Source of the DNA: Lama guanicoe
Taxonomy: Eukaryota
Reading direction: 5' to 3'
Length of the DNA: 64,000 bases
Assembly: GCA_013239625.1 (NCBI GenBank)
Contig: MU053873.1
Span: 2,308,524 to 2,372,523 of the forward strand
The stretch's first letter is position 1. Each line of letters begins with the position of its first letter. The notes below the pieces were generated by a model that searched no databases, was not told the DNA's origin, and saw only the letters and a list, made by a program, of their open reading frames with translations. Below are positions 25,681 through 36,735 of the stretch, piece after piece. A program made the translations under genes and the position numbers.

Positions 25681-26719
25681 AAGTTTCTCTCTTTTTTTCC
25701 CCCTCTCCTCTGCCGTGTCTACAGATGCAAGTTGCCTTCTATTCTCTTCCTTAGTGGGTGCAGAGAAATCAGTTCTAATTATTTTCTCCACCCACCACGC
25801 TGAACACAGACAAGGAAACCTTGCTTTAAAAATAAACCCAGCCACAGGGCAGGGGCTTCTGTTTTCCGAAGCTTATAGAGGGACGGTGTCTTTGAAGGTC
25901 ACATATCGCTGGGGAGGTGTCAAGTGACAAGCTGGTCAACCAGGGTCCTCTGGGTGCAATTTTGTCACCAGGCTGCCTTCAGGTGTTTGCAGTGTTGTGG
26001 TTTTTAGGTTTGTTTTTATGGTTGTTGATATTGCCTTTGGGTTTTCAGATTGGATCCCTTGCCAACACTGACTGCGACGCAGACTCCACCTTCCTAACCA
26101 GAAACTCCCAACCTCGAGCTCTGAGAGGCGCTGTCCCTGCACCCAGTGTGGGTCTAAGCGCCAGGGCAAGATGAGCTTCCTCTTCTCTAAAATTTAAAAA
26201 TCTAAAAACCAGGAGGGGTTCACGTCAAAGATATGATTTTCCCCTCCTCCTGAGAAAATTGTATGAGCTGTCACATATGACCCGCATCCTCACAGGACAC
26301 CATTCCTTGGTGCCCAGCAGGGCCTAGAGCTGGGGCCGCATCTCCTGTTTCCCACATCCTCACCTCTATGCCTGTCCCAGGCCTGTAGGTACCTTGTCCC
26401 CACTCTGTCACTAGATGTAATGAGTCAAAGCAGCTCCATTCACCCACCATTTGCAAGAAAACCACCGTGCTCTGGCCACTTGATCTTTGCTTGGTCCCCT
26501 GCCTTTTCTACTCTCTTCCATCCTTCTGAAGTTCATTACCCATGCAAAAACTCCCATCATTGCCCCAAGTCCAGTTTTGGCGTTTCCTGACCACGCCCAC
26601 CCATCCCCCCAAGCCGACTCGGAGCCGACTCGGAGCCGTGTCGGTCACTCTTGAATTTGCCTGTGCCTCCCCACCGTGAACTCTTCACACTGCTGTTAAA
26701 TCCCATTACGCCCTCCATC

Positions 26720-26865
26720 TGGGCATCTCTCCCTGGCCTGGAGCCCCTGGAAAGTGAGGTCCCTGCCTTTTCCATGGCTGCATCCCAAATGCCTAGCATA
26801 GAATCTGGCACATAGGAGGTGTGAAGTCCTTGTTTGGAGTTCTGAATGAATAATTCAATGAATGC
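26720..26865 (+). mobile_element. L2 3' terminus
   Basis: gctgcatcccaaatgcctagcatagaatctggcacataggagg...tgaatgaataattcaatgaatg. Confidence 0.8.
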
Positions 26866-27909
26866 TGCCTCTTTGTTGTCTCTGAAGTGAGGCTGGCAGA
26901 AGAGAGGAGGGGTAGGGATGATAACTGAGAACCTACTATGTGCCTGCCCCTTGACCCATGTTGTCCTATGAGAAGAGAGACTCTCTCTACCTTTGACCTC
27001 AATATTGATCAGCTATCAAACTGTTTACCCCCCAAAAAACAGGTCCTCATTGTAAAATAAACCCTGCTACCAGTAGTGAAAACTCACACTGGTATCAACA
27101 TGTACCAAAATGTATCAATACCAATTCCTCCACCTGACATCTCCATCTGCATCAGTATCTATCTATACCATCTATGCCTGTAACATCTTTCATCTAGATG
27201 TCATTTCAGCTTTGGGTTGCTCACATTTGGAACCTACTTAATGATCCATCAACAGGGCACTAGTTCAACAAACTGCAGTGTATTCAAAAACTGGAGGATA
27301 TTGAGACCGTGGCTATATGCGGTCATTTACATGGACAAAGAATCCAGCCTGCTGGGGCTGCTCACACCATGACCAGAGACAAGGGTGATGCCACATTTGT
27401 AAACCGTTCTTCATTTAGAAATGCAAACATGCAGAGAGATGTTTAGAACCACCTTGGCCAAACGTTGAGGGTGTTCCTAGGCAAAGGCTCTCTGCTGACT
27501 TTTGATTTTAAGTTTCCACTCTCCTTGCATTTTTAAAATGCTAATTGTGATATTTTTCCCCCCAAAGCTATGAACTGATTGTAAACGCACTGCTCTGGCA
27601 TCTCCCTTCTCTCCTGTTTGATGGCCTGAGCTTTCACCAGGCGCCACAATCCCCCGCCACCCACCCCCAATATGAGATGGGTTGGGTCTGGGCCAATCTC
27701 TCCCATTTTGGCAAATTCACCCTTGACTCTGTTCGTGTTTTTAGTTCCAGGAGTCAAAGTCCCTTATTGAGCTGGATTTTGCAAATACCTGATCCTGAAA
27801 TATGGTTATCAAAAGTTCCAATGCGGGGAAAAAAGGTTCCAGTGAGAAGGAGCCATAGATAGGATCCAGATGAACCCGCCTTCTGCACAGATGGGGAAAC
27901 AGAGCTGGG

Positions 27910-28150
27910 GGTGTTGGAAAGAGCAGGAAGTCAGAAGCAGGCAGGCACTCACAGTCCGAATCCTAGCTCTGCCCCTTCCCAGCTGTGTGGTCTTGAGTGG
28001 GTTCTTTCACTTCTCTGTGCCTGCCTCCTCTTCCTCATCTATAAACCTGAAAAAATAATTACAACCTCGCTAAGGGTCATTTGGAAGGTTAAATGTGATG
28101 GTGACTGGACCTGAGCTTTTGAAATTGGAGAAATACTAGCAGATGAGAAT
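27910..28150 (+). mobile_element. MIR SINE
   Basis: aatcctagctctgccccttcccagctgtgtggtcttgag...ttcctcatctataaa. Confidence 0.75.
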
Positions 28151-28211
28151 TGTCACCATGAACTTGAATCAATTTCACCAACTATGGGATATATGTGTAT
28201 AAATATACATA

Positions 28212-28219
28212 CATACACA

Positions 28220-28257
<38 letters not shown>

Positions 28258-28258
28258 T
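28212..28258. repeat. (CA)n microsatellite
   Basis: Long, nearly pure CA run. Confidence 0.95.
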
Positions 28259-29090
28259 ATATACATAAAATAAAAATCATAGTCATCAGAATGTAGGGGT
28301 CCTGAAGGGATAATGCCATTATCAGGTCCTCCTAGATTTGAAGTCTCTACTGCTGGGCCTGAGAGGGTACAGGTGTGTTCTCATGTTCCTTAAAGCCCAC
28401 TCTCCCTTCACCAGTGACCCTGACTTCCTCACAAATGCCTTCCAGCCCAGGGCCTTCTGAAGAGATCTAGGGAGCATCTCAGAGGGGGTCCCTCTGGGGC
28501 TCAGCACATCAGCAGGTTGTTTCTATTCAGCCCAGAGCTTCCTTTACAGGGGGGAAGGTGGGGAGGGGAAGGCTGCGGAGAGAAGCAAAAATCAACTGCG
28601 GGTCAGCAGGGCGGCTGGCCGGGGGCCCAGCCGGGGAAGCCTCTCGGGAAGGGCTCCCACCCAGCGGGCTCTCCCGCAATGCACCAGGTGCTTCTGCTGA
28701 TAAGAAGGGCCGTGCAGCCTGGAGGCGCGTGACTGGAATGGACGAGGAAGTGTCTATTCTTGAGGACTATAGGAGGAAACTCCTGCTCCGTGAAGTGCAG
28801 GCCGATAAGAGAGAAGCAGCTGGGGCCTGGGGCATATTTTCCCCTCCGTTTTTTTATTTGTTTGTTTTTTTGGTTTTTTTGGTTTTGTTTTAGTTCCCTT
28901 CTTATTAAAGAGAAAACCTGGCACCCACCCCACCAGCCAAGGATGGATGATGACTTTTAGACATTTAGAGTAGATGGTGAGAATGAACCTTGAGATTCCC
29001 ACACTGAAATCCCAAGGGTGGTTTCACCTGGGGCATGAGTTTGGGGGAGATTTTTAATTCTTCTTTACCCTTTGCTGAATTTTCCAAATC

Positions 29091-29406
29091 CAGGCATACC
29101 TTATTTTGTCATGTTTTGCAGACACTGTGTTTTGTTTTTATTTTTAACAAACTGAAGGTTGTGGCAACCCTGCTTTGAGCAAGTCTATCAACATCACTTT
29201 TTCAATATTACTTTTAAAGTAAGGTTATGCACGTTGTTTTTTTTTAGACATAATACTATTGCACTCTTAACAGACTACAGTGCAGCGTAAATATAACTTT
29301 TATATGCACTGGGAAACCAAACATTTTGTGTGACTCAAATTATTGTGATGTTTGCTTTATTGTGGCGATCTGGAACCAAACCCTCAATATCTCTGACATA
29401 TGCATG
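29091..29406 (+). mobile_element. Complete Tigger1-derived MITE inserted into an old L1 3' tail
   Basis: Begins CAGGCATACC, contains aactgaaggttgtggcaaccctgctttgagcaagtctatc, and ends tctggaaccaaaccctcaatatctctgacatatgcatg (Tigger1 termini). The flanks join into the L1ME-like tail ttttccaaat...ttataattagaaaaaat. Confidence 0.9.
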
Positions 29407-29639
29407 CACTTTTGCCATGACCAAGCATTATGTTTATAATTAGAAAAAATAAAAATGGATGTTGAACTCAAGTTTTGAATCTCTTTTCATATTTGCTCCT
29501 AAGTACAGTTGCTAAAAAGAGACAGAGTGTGCATTTTCTGTGATCCAGGGACAGTGTCCTAACGTGGTGCTGCTTATCAGGAGAACACAGGCAAGAGGAA
29601 GGTCATATGCCCCACCCCACCAATCCACTGCTGGGAGAT

Positions 29640-30460
29640 CATTCTGGAAGACAGTTTGACAGTTTCTTATAAAGCTAAAATACATTTAGCATATAATCGA
29701 GCAATACTACTCCTGGATATTTATCATAAAGAAATGAAACTTATCTTCACATTAAAGCCTGTACATGGATGTTCATAGCAGCTTTAGTCCTAATAGCCCC
29801 AAACAGGAAATTACTTGGTCTTCAGTGGATAAAGGGTTTTAAAAAATATGGTACATCCATTCAAAGGAATACTACTCAGCAGTGAAAAGGACCAAATTAC
29901 TGATACAAATAACACCTTGGATAGATTTCAAGGACATTGTGCTGAGTCAAAAAAAGACACTTCTGAAAGTTCATGTGCTATGTGATTCATCTCAAAAATG
30001 GGAATGTTCAAAGATAAAGAAAAGAATGTTAAATATGAATATTCTCAAAGTGACACAGTTATGGCTGTATAGAATAGATCGGTGGTTGCCAGGCATTAAG
30101 AGTGGGGTAGGGTATGACCATTCAGGGGTTGCTTGAGGGAATTTCTTTGTGATGATGGATCAGTTCTATATCTTGTTCATGGTGACAAATACTCAAATCT
30201 GCACACGTGATAGAATTTCATAGAACCAGACGCTCACCCCAAAAAAGTTCACATAAAACTAGTGACATCCAAATTAGGCTGTATTCAAGTTAACAGTATT
30301 ATACTAATGTCAATTTCCTAGTCTTGATAATGCTATTATGGTTATGTTAAATATTATCATTGGAGGTAGCTGGATAAAGTGTACAAAGGGACTCTTGTTA
30401 CTATTTTTGCAATTCCTTGTGAACAACTGTAAACTGTTTTAAAATGAAACAGTATTACAA
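29640..30460 (+). mobile_element. L1MC/L1MD LINE 3' portion
   Basis: ctggaagacagtttgacagtttcttataaagctaa...gcaatactactcctggatatttatc...atgttcatagcagcttta...ggaatactactcagcagtgaaaagg...ctatttttgcaattccttgtga. Confidence 0.9.
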
Positions 30461-30935
30461 ACATCAAAGAAAAAAATATTTTCAATCCGTGTCCAGATGG
30501 CCCTAAAAGTGGCAGAGAGGTAGATGAGGCTTATTCAAAAGAACCAAAACATGATTCATCATCTCACTGAAATGTCAACAAGGCCATGATTACTAATCAT
30601 CACCTCCAGAGACAGAGGGGCTTGAAAGGGTCATATGGCATAATAATTGTGGCAGGAACTACAGCCAGTCATCCTTTCCAACTGACCAATTGCTATACCA
30701 TCCTAAACCTTAAAAAAAAAACCCTAAAACTAAAACAAAAACAAGAGACTAAAACTAAAAATCCAGCATCTCTTTTAACCTAATGTCAATAGCAGAATTA
30801 TCCAGTGATTGAGATTATGGAGTCAGGATTCAGGAAAACCTAGGTTGATGCTGGCTCTTCAGCCTAGCCGTGTGGTCTCAGGCAAGTATGTGTTCCAAGC
30901 TTCTCTGAAGATGTACTGTCAATATGAAAATGAGG

Positions 30936-31492
30936 TGCATCAGGATCTTTTCAGATTCCAAAGACAGAAACCCAGTTCAAATAGCTTGAGAGACAGGGAA
31001 TGTGTTAGCTCACATAACTATAAAGTCCAAGGACACTAGCTTCAGGGATGGCTGGATCTAGGTCTTAAAGGGTTCTCTCAGGACTGTGTCATCTCTGTTC
31101 TGATATCTTTGTATTGGTCCCATTCTTAGGCAGGACCTTACCTCATGGTAACACAAAGAGTACCAGAAGCTCCAAACCTATCTCCTCCTAGTTTAGCAAT
31201 TGTCATGGAAAGACCATCCCTTTCCCAGTAGTTCAAGTCCACATCCTGCAATTGAGCCTCACTCTGGCCTGTATCACAGGCTCATCTCTCTCCATCCCTG
31301 GCACCAGAGGAATAGAATACATTGACTGGTCAGGCATAAGTCACGGCCAGACTCCTGCTACCTCATAGCAGGCAGAGAACAGCCCCATAAGAAGCATGTG
31401 GAGACTTTTTTTCTGGAATAAAATCAGTGTATCTTTAGCAGGAAGAAGGAGGGTTGGAAGTGGGCCTTGTAAAACCAACAGATGTCCAGCAG
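30936..31492 (-). mobile_element. MLT1K/J-like solo LTR inserted into a MIR (about 30810-31590)
   Basis: tcaggatcttttcagattccaaagacagaaacccagttcaaatagcttgag...agctcacataact...gcttcagggatggctggatctagg. MIR head lies before it and MIR tail after it. Confidence 0.75.
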
Positions 31493-32543
31493 AGAGGAAA
31501 ACAGCATCATTATAAGGATGAAATATTACATGATACAGTGCATGTAAAACACACAGAAGGGGGTAGGTGCTTATTAGGAGACTAACAAAGAGCTTTTCTC
31601 CACTTCCCCTGGTCACCACTGCTGATGAGAAGAATTGGGTATATTAGAGAATTCAGCCAGATTTGCCCTTTGCACCGGCTCCAGCTGCAACCTGGCTATC
31701 TGTCTTCCGGAGCGCTCCGCAATCCTGAGCCCCTTTCCAGTGGTCCCAATTGGATGTGTTGTCTTTCCTACCAAACTGCCTGCCTTGGGGAGTCTGATTC
31801 TTTCTTCCCTCTAAAAATCAGACCCCATCAGCATTCATGACATTGTGCCAGGACAGTGCTAGACACTCCTCAACATAATTATTGCCCTAACCCCGGGGGG
31901 ATGGCATTGCCCCATATTGCAAATGAACAAACTGAGTTTCCGAGGGGGCCAGACATTGCTTGCAAGTGGCAGAGCCAGATCTCAAACCCAAAGGCTCCAA
32001 ATGACATTTACTTTGGACAGAAGAAACCCTTCAGTGTCCCCAAGATTTCATCAGTGAAATTCAACCGGCAGAGCCAACCTAAGCCTAGAGCTTCCGTCCC
32101 CGTCCACCTGCTCCCCAGCACCCTTCATCCCTTCATCCTTCAGTCCTAATGGGCTGCTATTTCTCTCTCTTTTTATGATGCTGGTCTACTGGAGGCCAGG
32201 GCATTAATATCACTGTAAATCCAGCCCGAGATGGAGCAATTAGCGACACAATTACTTCCTCAGCTCCACATTCACCAGAGCCCAGAAATAACATCCCATC
32301 CTGCAAGCCACATGCCATGCTAGGGCAGGGGCACCCGTTTTGCTCCAGCCGAGGAACCCTTGTCTTGCCCAAGACATTATTAACATAAAATCCACATTTA
32401 TTCTGTCCAGCCAGCTTGTGGAATGCAAATCAAGAAGCATCTTTTTAGTGGCTGGATTAAGAGTTGGGGGCCAAGGAAGTCCCCTCATCTCCCAAGCTAA
32501 GCACTCTGTTCCCTCTCCACTCAATTTCTCTCCTTTTAATTTA

Positions 32544-32597
32544 TACACACAGGCACACAGACTCGCACGCACACGCACACACACAAACACACACACG
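32544..32597. repeat. Imperfect (CA)n microsatellite
   Basis: acacacaggcacacagactcgcacgcacacgcacacacacaaacacacacacg. Confidence 0.85.
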
Positions 32598-33349
32598 TTC
32601 GTGCCTGTGGGCTATTTTTTTCCTCTTAATTGAAGTGATATGAGAAAGCTTCTTTTGTTTATCTTCATCTTTTCCATTTTTTTCCCCCTGGGAAGAGTGG
32701 TTGCTGTTGGCTTATTCTTTGTGTGTGTGAACATGTGTGCGCGTGTCTGTGTTTCCTGGTCATTTTTTTTCCCTAATGCATCTCCACAATGGGTCAAAAT
32801 TTAACCACGTTTAGAAAATAAATAGTGCCAGCATTGCATTTGTTAAAGCTGGATTCTGTTGTCAAGGGCAGCCCGGATGTTGGGTACCCCGGATGCTGGG
32901 TACCCCGTGTGGGTCTTGAGAGAAACAGAGTAACTCAGAATAACCCAGCCAGGCTCTCAGCCTGAGCTGGGAGCCTGCATTCCCCCTACTCCCTCCAATG
33001 CACAGGTTTCCTGGTGTCTTTGTTTTCTAGTGTGACTGGAGTTGGACACACAGAAGGGCTGATGTGTACAGTCAAAACCACAGTGTTTGGTGACTTCCAA
33101 TCATTTTAAGAAAATTTCCAGGTTTACTGAGGACCTACTGTGTGCCTACAGCTGTGTGGGAGTTGGATCCACATTGGATTAGTCTTCCAAGTGCGATTTG
33201 CCCAGCACAAGAGGTGGAATCAGATGTACAATGGGCTCTTGGCATCAATGATAACAGTAGCTAACATTTATTTGCATCCTGTATCCTAGGCAGCACACGT
33301 TATCATTACATAGTATCAATATTTTATAGATTAATATTACATATTTGGT

Positions 33350-33720
33350 AATACTGTTTTTGTTTCAATGAAAAGTGTTTCGAACATATAGACAAGAATG
33401 CAGAAAATAGAATAAAGCCTAGCCGTTAAAAGTCTCAACTTCATGCTCTCTTTGCTCCAGATCCTTTTCTTCTGGAACAAGACATCACAGCTACAGCCAA
33501 GGCCCCAGCGCACCTACCCTGATCTGAATTCTCTTTTCCCTCTTCCTACCGGGAACCCACATTAGGAGTTTATTATGCCAATAGATGTTTTTCAATGTTT
33601 ATGACACAATTATGTACCCATAAACATTATATTTTGTTGTTCATGCAGGTTTTTAAACTTTCCATAATTAGTATGTAGCTGTACCTTTCATTCTGTATTT
33701 TGCTGTTTTCTTCCCACTTT
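33350..33720 (-). mobile_element. Old L1M 3' UTR fragment inside a MIR
   Basis: aaaagtgtttcgaacatatagacaag...ttattttgttgttcatgcaggtttttaaactttccataatt...tcattctgtattttgctgttttc. Antisense MIR pieces lie on both sides. Confidence 0.6.
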
Positions 33721-33859
33721 ACATAGATTATCACATGTAATCCTCACCACAGCCTTAGGTGGCACTATTTTGCCAATGAGGAAGGGGAGGCACAGAGGAG
33801 ATAAAGCCCTTACACTAACATTTCCTAACGTAAAACACAGGTCTAAATGGTGACAGCAG

Positions 33860-34370
33860 TTCTAATCCTAAGCGTATACCCCAAAGAATCAAGTGCTTAG
33901 GGATCCAAAAGATGCGCACAAGAATGTTTGTAGGATCTTCATTCATAAGAGCTAACTGTTAGAAATAATCCAAATGTCCATTAATAGTAGGATGGATAAA
34001 CACACTGTGGTGCAGTCACATCATGGAATATTATATATCAGTGAAAAAGAGTGAGCTTGGGAGGCTGCAGCAGCAAGGATGCATCTCAGGTGTGATGCTG
34101 AGTGAAAGAACCCAGGCGCATATGAGTATACTGTGTGGTTCCATCTGTATGAAGCTCAGAAGCAGAACTGTGTGATGACAAAAGAGCAGCGATTGCTTCT
34201 GGGGGTGGAGGGCGGGGCTGACTGGGAGGGCAGAGGGCAGGGGCTGCTGGGTTGCTGTAAGTGCTCTACAGCCTGATCGTGGTGGTGGTTACGGAAGGGG
34301 CTAACGATGTAAAAATTCTTCAGGCTTTGCTTTTATATTTGTGTCTTGTATTACGAGTGCACTATACCTC
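33860..34370 (+). mobile_element. L1ME/L1MC LINE 3' portion
   Basis: acaagaatgtttgtagg...gaaataatccaaatgtccattaatagtaggatggataaa...atgctgagtgaaagaacccagg. Confidence 0.85.
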
Positions 34371-36339
34371 GATGATGATGGTGGTGGTGATGATGGTGAA
34401 GAAGAGGAGGGTAAATCACTTAGTCATACAGATCACCTGTGGCAGAGTCATTTTGAACCCAGACAGTCAGACTTCTGAATCTGCCCTCACTCTTGCTCTG
34501 TGGATATTTATGAAGCAAAGGTAGAAGACCAGAATAACCTGCTCAAGTTCATGCACTGGTCACAGAGAAAAGGTAGGATTTGAGCCTAGTTCTGTCAGAC
34601 TCCCACATCCACACCTCTTGTCTTTGCCTCCGACCCCTCCCAGGGACAGGGCCAGGGGTCTCTGGGTACCCCACTCTCTGTCAGTGTGCTGAGGACTGAG
34701 TTTTCCACTCTTTGTACAACTCATTCCATTCCCAGAATGTGTTCATGCCTATTTTACAGACAGAGAAACGGAGGCTCAGTCATGCAACTCCTGAGGACCA
34801 GATCCCCAGGTTCCTGCGAGACTCTCCAAACAGAGCATAAAGCCTGGGGTCAGTTTGAGCAGTTCCTGCTGAGAATCCCAGCTGGGGGAGCCAGGCGGGC
34901 CGTTACTCTGTGCCTCTGTGTTCTCATCTGTCAAGTGGACATCACAACCCTGGGTCTGCAGGGTGAGCATGAGCATTCAGCGAGGCAGTGCCCGAAAAGC
35001 ATGCAGCGCCGTGCATGGCACACAGTCAGCCACCTGACTCTCATCCCGATTCCTTTGCCTCCCGTGCCGTTCAGGCTTCCTTCTTCGTTGCTTCTTTGAC
35101 CTATGAGCTTTCTTGCAGATTTAAGATTCTGTGATTTATGGCATTTTATGTAAATGTCGATTAAGCACTCAGCTCTGCACACTGCAGAGAAAAAAGGAGG
35201 GGGAATGGGCTGGCACGGTCCCTAATTCCAAACGGGGAACAGTGTTGATGCGAGAGGTGACAAGTGGCAGGTCAGCTGTCCCCAGCTTCTCCTGAAACAC
35301 TGTGGGGCTACAATCTGCTTTCACATTCAGCTCGAGCCGGATGTGGAAGGAATGGCACAGCTTGGGATGGGGGCGAGGGCTCTCCAATGGGAATTAGCAC
35401 AGGGGCCCTGGGCTTTGGGGATTCATCCCCGGGGATGGCCACCCCTCTCTAGCTGGCCTTACTGAACGTCCTACTCCATAGTGGCTTATAAAACTAAGAG
35501 GGAAAACAAAAGCCTTCCCTTCACAGAGCCATAAAACAACCTCAAGACGGACATCCATGAACGTGGAGCTAGTAATTATTTGGATCTAGTTAACCATGCA
35601 ACAAGATGGAATAAATGCAGCTCCATTAACCTTATTTTAAAAGCACTTTTTGGTGATTCATGTTTATTACACTGTTAACATTTAAAAGAGTGGATGCCCA
35701 CCACTGTTTCTGCTTTGGAACCCCCTCCAGAAGAAAACAGACACTCATGGGAGAGGGAAGTAGATCCAGCAGAAGGCGTTTCTCTTTCACCAACCCCCAC
35801 CTGGAAGACCCTGCCTCGTCCATGCCCTCGTCCCGTTTACAAGCGTTCGCTGAGCACCTGCCGTGTCTCGGGTACCTGGCGAGGTGCTGGGGCTACAGCA
35901 GTCCACACAAGGGCAGCCAGCCTCGGGGACCTGATGTTCCCATAGCGCAAGACCTGGGAAAGCAAATCACTGCTACTGGGAAGTGACTGGGGGCCCGTGA
36001 CCAAAACCTCTACCCGAGGACTTCAAAACTATAAAACACCTTCCTCATCACATCTGCACTCCTGGCTTTTAGTATTTGTCGAAGATAGCTGTCTGAATCT
36101 ACTAACGCCATAATGGTGGCAAAATGCTGGTTTTGTAACTGCATTATTGGTCTCCGTCTATATTAGTCAGTTGCCGAAAGTGGAGAAGATCTCTGCCCGC
36201 ACTTCTGAGCACATATTTATCATCAGAATGGATTTTTATTTCAGTCTGTGGTCTGCAATCCATTACTGAGGTCACACACACACACACACACAGACTGAGA
36301 AACCGTTCTAGAAGAAACAGCTGGACGTCCAGAAAAAAC

Positions 36340-36735
36340 TCAAGGAACGTGACATCTAAATGATCCTAGACTGGGTCTAGCCACGACAATGGGGATGGGG
36401 AAACAGTTAAAATGGGCTTATTGGGACAACTGGTGGAATCTGAATGAGGACTGTGGTAGAGGCTGGCACACGGCAGCAGTGGTAAACGTCCTGATTCTGA
36501 TCACTGTACTGCGGCTACGGACGAGACTGTTTTAGTATTTAGGAAATACGCACTGAAATATTTAGCAGTTGGGTGAACAACTGTCCCAGTTTGCTCAAGA
36601 CTCCGAGGGGTCCCAGGACGTGGGACTTTCGGTGCCAGAGCTAGGGAAACCCCAGGTAAACCAGGAGATTTTGTCACCCTAGAGAGGGCCATCAGTACTA
36701 CAACTTATGTCAGATGGCTCAGAAAAACACTGTAC
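36340..36735 (+). mobile_element. L1MC4/5-like 3' UTR fragment hosting MER81
   Basis: ttattgggacaactggtggaatctgaatg...aggaaatacgcactgaaatatttag[insert]...caacttatgtcagatggctcagaaaaa. Confidence 0.75.
36569..36681 (-). mobile_element. MER81 (hAT-Blackjack) MITE
   Basis: 113 bp with termini TTGGGTGAACAA and TTGTCACCCTA (consensus TAGGGTGACCA) and internal tgtcccagtttgc...gggactttcggtgc. Confidence 0.85.
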
